In this document: piece by piece, positions 46,581 through 56,060 of the stretch | How the letters are laid out: each line of letters begins with the position of its first letter | How positions within the stretch are numbered: position 1 is the stretch's first letter | Origin: Nitrospinota bacterium | GTDB lineage: Bacteria > Nitrospinota > Nitrospinia > Nitrospinales > VA-1 | NCBI GenBank assembly: GCA_014382285.1 | Contig: JACNKA010000060.1 | Coordinates: forward strand, 6,987 to 70,986 | Reading direction: 5' to 3' | DNA: 64,000 bases | Translations under genes and position numbers: made by a program | The notes under the pieces: model-generated | Database searches by the model: none | The model's input: only the letters and a program-made list of their open reading frames with translations | What the model was told of the DNA's origin: nothing

Positions 46581-48443
46581 ATGAAAACTTTTCTCTCAGC
46601 TACCCTCCTCATACTGCTCCTGACCCAACAAGCTTGGGCAGGCCCTCAGCATGGGCTTTCATTATATAGTCCCGATGACCTGAAATACAAACCCGGACAG
46701 AATTATGACTACGCCAACCCCAACGCCCCCAAAGGCGGCAATCTGGTGCTATCGGATTTCGGCGCATTCACCAAGTTGAACCCGGCCTCTCTCAAGGGTG
46801 TGACCGCTCCTGGTATTGGGCAATTGGTGTTTCAAACTCCTATGGACAGTTCCGCCGACGATGACGAACCTTTTTCGCAATACGGCAGTCTTGCAGAAAA
46901 AGTCGAGCTTGCCGAAGACCGGCTTTCCATGACTTACACCATCTATAAACAGGCAAAATTTTCGGATGGGCATCCCCTGACAGCCGATGATTTTATTTTC
47001 TCATTCAACCTCATTAAAGACCCGGAATACCACCCCATATATAAAGAGTATTTCAAGGATATCAAGTCCGTTGAAAAAATTGATGCACATACCGTCCGTT
47101 ACCACTTCGCCGTTTACAATCAGGAACTGCCTTTGATAACCGGACAGATGTTGATTTTCCCAAAACATATTTATGGCGCCAAGGGAAAATCTTTCGGTGC
47201 AGATTTCGATGGCATCGCAGTCGCCAGTGGACCTTACGACGTTGAAAAATACGAATACGGCAAATACATCACATTCAAACGCAACCCAAACTGGTGGGGC
47301 AAGGACATTCCCATCAATCGTGGACGTTATAATTTTGATCGCGTTACCTACAAAATTTACCTCGACCCGGTTGCCCAACGGGAAGCCTTCAAGGGCGGCG
47401 AGTTTGACATGCAACTGATCAACAGTTCCCGCGACTGGGCATTGGACTACAAGGGTGATTTTGTCAAAAAGGGATACTACATCCGTGGCGAGTTTGCCCA
47501 CACCCGCGTTGCAGGAATGCAGGGATTCGCCATGAATATGAGAAATGAATTCTTCAAATCGCGCAAGGTTCGCGCCGCCATAGCCATGGCCTTCGACTTT
47601 GAATGGAGCAATAAGAATTTATTCTACGGACAGTACACACGAATCGAATGTTATTTCGATAATAACCCTGAAATGAAGGCGCAAGGAGTCCCTCAGGGTG
47701 AGGTCAAAGCCCTTCTTCTTAAATTACGTGAAAAACATAAAAGTCATGTTCCTAAAACGGCTCTCACCAAGCCTGTGGGTGCACCGGGGCAAGGCCAATC
47801 GGCCAGCAAAAATATTCAGGTCGCCAATGCCCTGCTTGATTCCGCCGGATGGAAAATCGGTGCCGATGGCATTCGCACAAAAGGTAAACAGCGATTGCAG
47901 TTTGGACTGCTCTTGGCAGGTCCCGGTTTTCAACGTATCGCCGAACCCTATAAGAATAATTTAAAAAAGATCGGTGTCCAACTGGACATCAAGGTCGTGC
48001 AGGTCGCCGAATACGAAGAACGTCTGCGGAGTTTCAAGTTCGGCATGATCGTGGCGAACTATCCGCAAAGCCGATCTCCGGGCAACGAACAACGCTATAT
48101 GTGGGGAAGCGAATCGGCAGACACTCCGGGGACAAGAAATTATATGGGCATTAAAAATCCCGCTCTCGATGAATTGATCGAGGGGATCATCAAAGCAAAA
48201 ACCCGTTCTGAGCTAGTCGTCCGGATTCATGCTCTCGACCGGATTCTTGCACATCAGTTTTATATGGTTCCACACTGGTATATTGCCTATGATCGGGCGG
48301 TCTACTGGAACAAGTTCAGCCGACCCAAAATAAATCCATCGCAAAGTAATATTGCCAACAACCTGCTTGAGTGGTGGTGGTGGGATGAGCAAAAAGCTCA
48401 AAAGCTGAAGAAAGCCAGAGCGCAAGGAAAGTCTCTCCAATAA
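46581..48443 (+). CDS. ABC transporter substrate-binding protein, family 5 (peptide/opine; YejA-like)
   Basis: Signal peptide. 620 aa with SBP_bac_5-like sequence. First gene of a four-gene importer operon. Confidence 0.8.
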   Translation: MKTFLSATLLILLLTQQAWAGPQHGLSLYSPDDLKYKPGQNYDYANPNAPKGGNLVLSDFGAFTKLNPASLKGVTAPGIGQLVFQTPMDSSADDDEPFSQYGSLAEKVELAEDRLSMTYTIYKQAKFSDGHPLTADDFIFSFNLIKDPEYHPIYKEYFKDIKSVEKIDAHTVRYHFAVYNQELPLITGQMLIFPKHIYGAKGKSFGADFDGIAVASGPYDVEKYEYGKYITFKRNPNWWGKDIPINRGRYNFDRVTYKIYLDPVAQREAFKGGEFDMQLINSSRDWALDYKGDFVKKGYYIRGEFAHTRVAGMQGFAMNMRNEFFKSRKVRAAIAMAFDFEWSNKNLFYGQYTRIECYFDNNPEMKAQGVPQGEVKALLLKLREKHKSHVPKTALTKPVGAPGQGQSASKNIQVANALLDSAGWKIGADGIRTKGKQRLQFGLLLAGPGFQRIAEPYKNNLKKIGVQLDIKVVQVAEYEERLRSFKFGMIVANYPQSRSPGNEQRYMWGSESADTPGTRNYMGIKNPALDELIEGIIKAKTRSELVVRIHALDRILAHQFYMVPHWYIAYDRAVYWNKFSRPKINPSQSNIANNLLEWWWWDEQKAQKLKKARAQGKSLQ

Positions 48444-48470
48444 AAATCATGCGTCCCTTAAAATAGTTCT

Positions 48471-49610
48471 ATGACCGCTTACATCATACGCCGGCTTTTA
48501 TTGATGCTTCCCACTCTGATTGGGATCGTCACCATCACCTTCATCGCCACACAATTCGTGCCCGGAGGTCCCGTAGACCAGATGAAATCCCTTTTAAGGG
48601 GGCACGGCAGTACTTTGACCGAGGCTGGCGGTGGAGCCATGACCGGCCCAGGAAAAAAGTTTGGCGAAATAGACCCCAAACATATGGAAGCACTGAAAAA
48701 GATTTACCACCTCGACCGACCACTCGGGGAAAGGTATCTACGCACTTTTTTGTGGTACGCACCCAAGGATAGAACCGCTCCCCTCATGGAAAGTTTTTTC
48801 ATCCATGACAATTGGGAAGGATTTCTGGTTCTTAAATTTGGCAATTCGTTTTACCGTAATAAATCTGTCCTTCAACTCATTAAGGAAAAGTTGCCGGTCT
48901 CGGCTTCATTGGGTGTCGCCAGCTTTTTTTTGACCTACACCATCTGTATTATTCTCGGCATCGCCAAAGCCGTGAAACACGGAACCCGTTTTGATACTGC
49001 CACCAGCCTGATAGTACTCATCGGTTATAGTGTTCCGGGGTTCGTTCTGGCAATTTTCATCATTGTCCTGTTTGGCCCCGGCGATGGGGCTATCGCCCAT
49101 TTGGTGCCCATTGCCGGGCTTACATCTGCGGGGACTCCCGGTTACGAATCGTGGTCAACCTGGGAAAAACTGACCGATTACCTCCACCACCTGGCTGCTC
49201 CCCTATTGTGCTACGTGCTAGGCGGGTTTGCCACGCTGACCTTGTTGACCAAAAATGCGTTTCTGGAAGAAATGCGCAAACAATATGTGCTGACTGCCCG
49301 AGCCAAGGGTCTGCCGGAAAAGCGCGTCCTGTATAAACATGTCCTGAAAAATTCACTCATCCCACTGGTCACTGGATTTCCCATCGCCTTTCTAGCCATG
49401 TTCTTCTCCGGCTCGTTATTGCTGGAACAAATTTTCACTTTAGACGGACTCGGGCTTCTTTCTTATCAGGCAGTGATCCAAAGGGATTACCCCATTGTCC
49501 TCGGCACCCTGTTTATTTTCTCACTCATGGCACTGGTCGGGCAATTATTGACCGACCTGTCTTACGTTTTAATCGATAAAAGAATTTCCTTTGATGAGTC
49601 CCAGGGCTAA
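48471..49610 (+). CDS. ABC transporter permease (YejB-like)
   Basis: Polytopic. EAA-loop region (ARAKGLPEKRVLYKHVLKNSLIP). Confidence 0.85.
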   Translation: MTAYIIRRLLLMLPTLIGIVTITFIATQFVPGGPVDQMKSLLRGHGSTLTEAGGGAMTGPGKKFGEIDPKHMEALKKIYHLDRPLGERYLRTFLWYAPKDRTAPLMESFFIHDNWEGFLVLKFGNSFYRNKSVLQLIKEKLPVSASLGVASFFLTYTICIILGIAKAVKHGTRFDTATSLIVLIGYSVPGFVLAIFIIVLFGPGDGAIAHLVPIAGLTSAGTPGYESWSTWEKLTDYLHHLAAPLLCYVLGGFATLTLLTKNAFLEEMRKQYVLTARAKGLPEKRVLYKHVLKNSLIPLVTGFPIAFLAMFFSGSLLLEQIFTLDGLGLLSYQAVIQRDYPIVLGTLFIFSLMALVGQLLTDLSYVLIDKRISFDESQG

Positions 49611-49612
49611 AG

Positions 49613-50875
49613 ATGCTTAAATTAAATAAAGAACTGAAAGTCAAACTGAAAGTTTTTAAAAATGACAAGCGTGCCTATTATGGTTTTTTGATCCTGGCTT
49701 TTCTTTTTATAACGACCTTGCCCGCCGAACTGATCTGTAATGTACGTCCGCTGATAATCGTTGTAGAAGGCAAACCTTATTTCCCCATTCCCTTCACCTA
49801 CAGCGAAAAAGATTTTGGCGGTGTCCTGCCTAGTGAACCGGATTATAAATCTGCCCGGTTTCTCAGGATTTTAAAGGGAATGCCTGATGCTCCCGCTACT
49901 GAGGCAAGTGAAAAGAATACTTTCATCTTGCAGTTGGAAGATTTGGAAGAAGACGCTGTGGAGCAACCGGCTTTCAGTATCGAACTGGATGATTTTGAAG
50001 TCAGCGATGAACCGATTGCTCCCATTGCCGAAAGTTTATCCGTCAAGACCCTCTCACCAAGAGACCCCTGGATACTTTGGCCTCCGATCCGCTACGATTA
50101 CGAGTACATTCCAACGGAATCAAAAACCGGCAATGTTGTACTGGCCGCACCCTACCGCACCCGGGCACCTGATGGTGAAGACTTTATCGAATCCTCCTGG
50201 GCAGATGGGCATTACCTCGGCACCGATGACCGGGGCCGGGATGTGCTGGCACGTCTACTTTATGGCTTCCGCATTTCAATGCTCTTTGGAGCATCGCTGG
50301 CGATCACCGGAACTTTGATCGGATGCCTGATTGGAGGGACTCAGGGGTTCTTTGGCGGAGGGGTGGACCTTGTCGGGCAAAGATTAACGGAAATCTGGGG
50401 ATCTATCCCTCGTCTATATATCTTAATAATTTTGAGTTCTTTTTTGGTCCCCTCAGCAATACTACTTTTTTTGATTTTGAATCTCACCGCCTGGATGGGA
50501 ATTGCCGCCTATATTCGTGCGGAATTTCTAAAAGTTCGCAACTTCGAGTTTGTCAAAGCTGCAAAGAGTTTAGGCGTTTCTAATTTCACCATCATGCGAC
50601 GGCATATCCTGCCTAACGCCTTAACTCCCGTGGTCACATTTTTCCCGTTTGAAGTCACAGCAGGAATTCTTGCATTGGTGAGCCTGGACTACCTGAACCT
50701 TGGAGTACCCAGCCCCGCCCCCAGCATCGGGGAACTGCTGGCACAAGGGAAAAACAACTTGCAGGCTTTGTGGATATTGTTGCCCACCTTCGCCTCGCTC
50801 ACTTTAACCATAACGCTATTAACTTTTATTGGAGAAGGCATTCGCAACGCCTTCGACCCAAGAAAAACTCTGTAA
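49613..50875 (+). CDS. ABC transporter permease (YejE-like) with an enlarged acidic periplasmic loop
   Basis: DppC-type N-terminus, HYLGTDDRGRDVLARLLYG, and EAA loop (AAKSLGVSNFTIMRRHILPNAL). An acidic insertion of about 80 aa follows TM1. Confidence 0.85.
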   Translation: MLKLNKELKVKLKVFKNDKRAYYGFLILAFLFITTLPAELICNVRPLIIVVEGKPYFPIPFTYSEKDFGGVLPSEPDYKSARFLRILKGMPDAPATEASEKNTFILQLEDLEEDAVEQPAFSIELDDFEVSDEPIAPIAESLSVKTLSPRDPWILWPPIRYDYEYIPTESKTGNVVLAAPYRTRAPDGEDFIESSWADGHYLGTDDRGRDVLARLLYGFRISMLFGASLAITGTLIGCLIGGTQGFFGGGVDLVGQRLTEIWGSIPRLYILIILSSFLVPSAILLFLILNLTAWMGIAAYIRAEFLKVRNFEFVKAAKSLGVSNFTIMRRHILPNALTPVVTFFPFEVTAGILALVSLDYLNLGVPSPAPSIGELLAQGKNNLQALWILLPTFASLTLTITLLTFIGEGIRNAFDPRKTL

Positions 50876-50878
50876 AAG

Positions 50879-52909
50879 ATGCTGTTATCAGTAAAAAACC
50901 TCGCCACTCACTTTCATGCCGGCCCGGGAAAAATTGCCCGTGCGGTGGATGGAATATCCTTTGATCTTGAGTTGGGGAAAACACTGGCGCTTGTTGGCGA
51001 GTCTGGTTGCGGGAAGACCCAGACGGCGTTTTCAATCATCCGACTGATTGCTGAGAACGGCTACCACCCGACAGGAGAAATCCAGTTTCAAGGACAAAAT
51101 CTATTCGATCTAAACTCCGAAGAAATGCGAGGCCTGAGGGGAAACGATATCGCCATGATTTTTCAGGAACCGATGATGTCTCTTAATCCATTGTTCCGCA
51201 TCGGCGACCAGCTTGAAGAACCGTTACAGCAACATTTAAAAATTGCCAAAGGCGATTCCCGAAAGCGAGCTTTGGAACTACTAGACCGGGTAGGAATTCC
51301 CGATCCGCATAAACGTATTGATGATTACCCGCATCAACTTTCAGGCGGCATGAAACAAAGGGTCATGATAGCCATGGCCCTGGCCTGCGAGCCAAAACTA
51401 CTCATCGCCGATGAGCCCACCACCGCTCTCGATGTCACCATTCAGGCACAAGTATTAAGCCTGATGAGCGATTTGCAAAAACAAACCGGCATGGCGATTC
51501 TGCTGATCACCCATGACATGGGCATCGTCAACCAAATGGCCGATGATTTGTGCATCATGTACGGTGGCCGGGTGGCAGAGTATGGAAGCCGGGAGCAAAT
51601 ATTTAGCAACATGACTCACCCCTACACGCAGAGACTTTTCAGTTCTATTCCCAAACTTGAAAAAAGGCATACATTGCTGGACACCATTCCCGGTCTGGTT
51701 CCTTCCGCAACCGAATATGGAGAGGGCTGCCGGTTTGCTGACCGCTGTGCTGAGGTTATGGATATTTGCCATGAACAGGAAAGCACCGTGCATCACATCA
51801 GTAGTGATCATCTGACACTTTGCCACTTGCTTGCTAAAGGCCCAGGTTTGATCCGCAAGCAAATAGGGAAAACCGACCCCCTACCAGTAAATAAACTTGA
51901 GAACACGCCTCTTGTCAAAATACGCCAGTTAAAAACCCATTTCCCTGTCCGCAAAGGAGTGTTCCTGCGTGTGGCAGACCATATTCGGGCGGTGGATAAT
52001 ATTAATCTGGATATTCCTAAAGGCTCCACCGTTGCGTTGGTGGGGGAATCCGGCTGTGGAAAAACCACATTGGGTGAATCAATTCTGCAATTGGTTCCCG
52101 ATGCACGCGGAGAAGTATTTTTCGGCGACCAAAATATCATGAGCCTGAAAGGCGATTCTCTGAAAAAATTTCGCAAGCATATGCAGATCGTGTTTCAGGA
52201 TCCTTTCGGATCCCTGCAACCGCGAATGACCATCGAGAGGATCGTCGGTGAAGGGATAGAAGTTCACCAACCTATGCTTTCATCGGATGAACGAACCCAG
52301 AAAATTGCCAGGGCTTTAGAAGAAGTGGGGCTGAGTCCATCCGTCCTGGAACGGTATCCGCATGAGTTTTCCGGCGGCCAACGGCAACGCATCGCCATTG
52401 CCCGCGCTCTCATTCTGGAACCGGAGTTTCTGGTGCTGGATGAACCTACAAGCGCTTTGGATGTTTCTGTACAGGCTCAGGTCCTCAACCTGCTGAAAGA
52501 ATTACAAGCTCGGCATAAGCTGACTTATCTTTTCATAAGTCATAATCTAAGCGTGGTGCGCTATATGGCAGACACGGTCGCCATCATGTACCTCGGAAGA
52601 ATTGTAGAACAGGCACCGGTTGAGGAGCTCTTCAAGAACCCTCGGCATCCGTATACAAAATCGCTGCTTGAATCAATACCCACATTAGAAACCCGCAAAC
52701 CTTTTAAGCCTCTGGTGGGAGATGTGCCCTCCCCCCTGAAACCTCCAACGGGTTGCCACTTTCACCCCCGTTGCCCCGTTTATCTGAATGAAGAACAGGG
52801 ATCAGAGTTGTCAAAAAAATGCACCCGCCAATATCCAGAAAAAACAGGAGGAATCGATTCGTTTGTTTCCTGCCACCACGCCGCGCAATTTCCAAAAACC
52901 CCTGAATAA
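50879..52909 (+). CDS. Fused double ABC ATPase (YejF-like), both halves with Opp-type C-terminal Cys-rich extensions
   Basis: Two Walker A motifs (GESGCGKT twice), two signature motifs (LSGGMKQR, FSGGQRQR), and GCRFADRC / GCHFHPRCP segments. Confidence 0.9.
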   Translation: MLLSVKNLATHFHAGPGKIARAVDGISFDLELGKTLALVGESGCGKTQTAFSIIRLIAENGYHPTGEIQFQGQNLFDLNSEEMRGLRGNDIAMIFQEPMMSLNPLFRIGDQLEEPLQQHLKIAKGDSRKRALELLDRVGIPDPHKRIDDYPHQLSGGMKQRVMIAMALACEPKLLIADEPTTALDVTIQAQVLSLMSDLQKQTGMAILLITHDMGIVNQMADDLCIMYGGRVAEYGSREQIFSNMTHPYTQRLFSSIPKLEKRHTLLDTIPGLVPSATEYGEGCRFADRCAEVMDICHEQESTVHHISSDHLTLCHLLAKGPGLIRKQIGKTDPLPVNKLENTPLVKIRQLKTHFPVRKGVFLRVADHIRAVDNINLDIPKGSTVALVGESGCGKTTLGESILQLVPDARGEVFFGDQNIMSLKGDSLKKFRKHMQIVFQDPFGSLQPRMTIERIVGEGIEVHQPMLSSDERTQKIARALEEVGLSPSVLERYPHEFSGGQRQRIAIARALILEPEFLVLDEPTSALDVSVQAQVLNLLKELQARHKLTYLFISHNLSVVRYMADTVAIMYLGRIVEQAPVEELFKNPRHPYTKSLLESIPTLETRKPFKPLVGDVPSPLKPPTGCHFHPRCPVYLNEEQGSELSKKCTRQYPEKTGGIDSFVSCHHAAQFPKTPE

Positions 52910-53112
52910 AAACTTACAAAATATCTCCCACAACCCATTGAAAAAAAAGAGTATCAAAACTCCGGCACATTTCCGCTGTTGAACCGCAAAAAAAATTCAT
53001 CTACACCAAGTTGAATCCTTTGGTTTTATACATTCCAGCTTTACAGAACAATCAGGCCGGGCTATAGTTTGCGTCCATTCGATGAACCGGCTTAACGGTT
53101 GAGGCAAGTATC

Positions 53113-53781
53113 ATGATAAAGATATTGTCAATCATATTAGGAGTGGTGCTTTTTACCACCACCTCATCGGCATTGTCGCAGGAGGATACCGCGACGGTAT
53201 CAACGGTGAAAGCAGCGTTGGAGAAGGACCCCGAAAACCCCGCTTTCCTTTCTCAGCTAGGCCTCGCCTATCTAAAAAACAAAAAGTTTCAACATGCCAT
53301 TCCACCTCTGGAGCAATCCCTGAAGGCTCGCAGTGATGATTTTAAATCACATTTTTATTTAGCCCTAGCCTATGGCGCGGTGGGCCGCCATGATGAGAAA
53401 CTTAAAGAGCTTCAGGAGAGCCTGCGCCTCAAGCCCGATTTTTCCGAAGCCAATTTTAAAATTGGCTTGGCTCATGCGGCGATGAACAGGCACCATGAAG
53501 CCAGTGAATTCTACCGCAAAGCCATTAAACAGGAACCGGATAATTATGACACACATTATTTTCTGGCGTTGTCCTGCTTCCTGTCCAACCGCTATCAAGA
53601 AGCCCTTTCAGCAATTCGTGAATCGATCAGGATCAACCCCAACAATGCCGAGGCCCATTACACACTGGGGCAAGTCTATATGAAATTGGGGCGCTACCAC
53701 AAAGCCATACAACCCCTGCAAAGCGCGATGAACATCCATCCTGATATGACACTAAAGAAATCTCGCTCTTCATTGCGCTAG
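53113..53781 (+). CDS. Secreted tetratricopeptide-repeat protein
   Basis: Signal peptide, then 5-6 TPR units (AFLSQLGLAYLKNKKFQHAI, HFYLALAYGAVGRHDE, and others). Confidence 0.8.
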   Translation: MIKILSIILGVVLFTTTSSALSQEDTATVSTVKAALEKDPENPAFLSQLGLAYLKNKKFQHAIPPLEQSLKARSDDFKSHFYLALAYGAVGRHDEKLKELQESLRLKPDFSEANFKIGLAHAAMNRHHEASEFYRKAIKQEPDNYDTHYFLALSCFLSNRYQEALSAIRESIRINPNNAEAHYTLGQVYMKLGRYHKAIQPLQSAMNIHPDMTLKKSRSSLR

Positions 53782-53923
53782 CCTCCCAAAACCCATTCTT
53801 CTCCCATTCTGTAAGCTTCTGGAAAGTATTACGACTTAATTACAGTTATTTTACTGGCATGGATTTGTTATCATGGTGTGTGCCTCAATGTATGAGCAAA
53901 CATGATTTGTGGAGGGCTTCTTA

Positions 53924-55072
53924 ATGAATAAGTTATATACCGCCTTGTTAATATTCTTCAGTTTTTTTGTTCTTGTAACTTTTATACCGCAAAATGTCAG
54001 CAGTGCTTCGAAACAACCTGTCAACACCGGCAAAGGCCCTAAAGCACCTGGCAATACTGAGACAGCACTATTTTCGGGAGGCTGTTTCTGGTGCATGGAG
54101 CACCCCTATGAAGACCTTCCAGGGGTATCAAAAGTCATTTCTGGATACACAGGTGGCAAAAAGAAAAACCCTACTTATAAAGAAGTCGCTTCAGGTGCCA
54201 CCCTGCATGTTGAAGCTGTGGAAATTCACTTTGATCCTGAAAAAATTACCTACAATGATCTTCTGCAGATTTTCTGGAGAAATATCGACCCCACTGACAC
54301 TGGTGGTCAGTTTGTAGATAGAGGCAAGCAGTACACAACAGGAATCTACTATACAAGCAAACAACAAAAGCGGGCCGCAGAACACTCAAAGAAATCGCTT
54401 GAGAATGAAAAGCGATTCAGCAAAAAAATTGTCACAAAAATTGTTCCGGCAGGCCAGTTTTATCCAGCAGAAGAATATCATCAGGATTTTTTCAAGAAAA
54501 ATTATATTCGCTACAAAATATACCGGGCGGGATCAGGAAGAGATGAGTTTATAAACCGTGTCTGGGGGGAAGACAAAGAATATAAAATTTCAAAAACGGG
54601 GTTTGCGGGAGATGAACCCCCTCAGTTCACCTTGATTGGCAACAAGACAATATCCAAAGCTGACTTGACTAAAATGCAATATAACGTCACCCAGAAAAAT
54701 GGTACCGAGCCCCCCTACAGAAATGAATACTGGGACAATAAACAACCCGGAATTTATGTGGATATAGTTTCAGGAGAACCGCTGTTCAGTTCTAAAGACA
54801 AATTCAAATCCGGCACCGGCTGGCCATCCTTTACCCGACCCTTGGTGCAGGAAAATATAGCTCAGAAAAAGGATCTCACCCACGGCATGGTTCGAATCGA
54901 ATTACGTTCAAAATCTGCTGACTCACATTTAGGCCATTTATTTCACGATGGCCCTAAACCAACAGGGTTACGATATTGTATCAACTCAGCGGCTTTGAGG
55001 TTTGTTCCCGTTGGGAAACTAAGAGAGACCGGTTATGGGGATTTTCTGCCCCTATTCAGCAAGGGCCTCTGA
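53924..55072 (+). CDS. msrAB: Periplasmic bifunctional methionine sulfoxide reductase MsrA/MsrB
   Basis: Signal peptide. MsrA motif GGCFWCME. MsrB motifs GTGWPSF and RYCINS. ATG 53924, with GGAGGG 7 nt upstream, is preferred over GTG 53909. Confidence 0.92.
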   Translation: MNKLYTALLIFFSFFVLVTFIPQNVSSASKQPVNTGKGPKAPGNTETALFSGGCFWCMEHPYEDLPGVSKVISGYTGGKKKNPTYKEVASGATLHVEAVEIHFDPEKITYNDLLQIFWRNIDPTDTGGQFVDRGKQYTTGIYYTSKQQKRAAEHSKKSLENEKRFSKKIVTKIVPAGQFYPAEEYHQDFFKKNYIRYKIYRAGSGRDEFINRVWGEDKEYKISKTGFAGDEPPQFTLIGNKTISKADLTKMQYNVTQKNGTEPPYRNEYWDNKQPGIYVDIVSGEPLFSSKDKFKSGTGWPSFTRPLVQENIAQKKDLTHGMVRIELRSKSADSHLGHLFHDGPKPTGLRYCINSAALRFVPVGKLRETGYGDFLPLFSKGL

Positions 55073-55081
55073 GTAGGAACC

Positions 55082-55399
55082 ATGAATGCCATCAATTCAA
55101 AAACTCTGGTCTGGCACCTGTATATGGTGAGGACTAACCGTGGTCAGCTTTACACAGGAATCACACAGGATATCGCCCGCCGTTTCATCGAGCATCAGGA
55201 AGGGGGTAAAAAAGCAGCAAAGTATCTACGCGGGAAAGGTCCGTTAGAACTGGTGTTTCAGCAAGAAATAGAAAGCCGGTCTGCTGCACTGAAAGCAGAA
55301 ATCGCGCTAAAAAAACTACCCAAGCAACAAAAAGAAAACCTGACGAAAAATTCAGGCCGATTGAAGCCTGATGATCTGAAAGCCTTCCAGAAAAAATAA
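55082..55399 (+). CDS. GIY-YIG nuclease family protein (YhbQ/UPF0213-like)
   Basis: HLYMVRTNRGQLYTGITQDIARRFIEHQEG carries the GIY..YIG-type beta-hairpin and R/E catalytic positions. Confidence 0.8.
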   Translation: MNAINSKTLVWHLYMVRTNRGQLYTGITQDIARRFIEHQEGGKKAAKYLRGKGPLELVFQQEIESRSAALKAEIALKKLPKQQKENLTKNSGRLKPDDLKAFQKK

Positions 55400-55406
55400 A
55401 AAAGAC

Positions 55407-56060
55407 CTACTGGACAAGGTTGTTTTTGAATGCGTAGTTAGTGATTTGTGAATTATTCTTCAAGGTCGTCTTTGCCAGAATTCGGCTCCGGTACGTCCCC
55501 ACTGTCCCAACCCCCAGGGCAAGTTCACTGGCGATTTCGGTCAGGGTCTTCCCAGCACCGATCATACAAAAAATCTGCAATTCTCTGGGAGACAAATTTT
55601 CATGCAGGGCTCTATCTGAATCACTCTTAAGGCTGCTGACCATTTTTTCAGCAAACTTCTGGCTGACATAAATTCCATCACCTGCAACTTTTCGAATAGC
55701 CTCAACAAGTTGTTCAGGTGCGCTGTCTTTGGTCAAATAACCTGCAGCACCGGCCTTATAAAACTGTTTAGCATAGTTTTCCTCAGAAGAAACGCTGAGA
55801 ATGACAACTTTGATATCATGATAGAGATTATGAACTTTCTGCATGACCTCCCAGCCAGTTTGGCCTGGCATATTAATATCCAGCAATAAGACATCCACAT
55901 CCAGATCGGGGAGTTTCGCCAGCACTTCATTACCGTTACCCGCCTGATAGATCAATTCCATACCCGGGGTTTCATCAATGATTTGAATTAAACCTTTGCG
56001 AACCACGGCATGATCATCTGCAATTACAATTTTAATAGTTTTTTCTGGGCTACTAATCAT
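55407..56060 (-). CDS. NarL/LuxR-family DNA-binding response regulator
   Basis: Receiver domain (IVIADDH...VLLLDINMPGQTG), then a C-terminal LuxR HTH (LSPRELQIFCMIGAGKTLTEIASELALGVGTVGTYRSRI). Overlaps the kinase stop by 8 nt. Confidence 0.92.
   Translation of the reverse strand: MISSPEKTIKIVIADDHAVVRKGLIQIIDETPGMELIYQAGNGNEVLAKLPDLDVDVLLLDINMPGQTGWEVMQKVHNLYHDIKVVILSVSSEENYAKQFYKAGAAGYLTKDSAPEQLVEAIRKVAGDGIYVSQKFAEKMVSSLKSDSDRALHENLSPRELQIFCMIGAGKTLTEIASELALGVGTVGTYRSRILAKTTLKNNSQITNYAFKNNLVQ

Noticed and set aside
52963-52977. CGGCAC-ATTTC-CGCT, a sigma-54-like element downstream of the ABC ATPase gene.
   Set aside because: The GC dinucleotide is displaced by one position relative to GG, and the TTGC is missing.
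53855-53869. TGGCAT-GGATT-TGTT upstream of msrAB, a sigma-54-like -24 box.
   Set aside because: The -12 element (TTGC) is absent at the required spacing.
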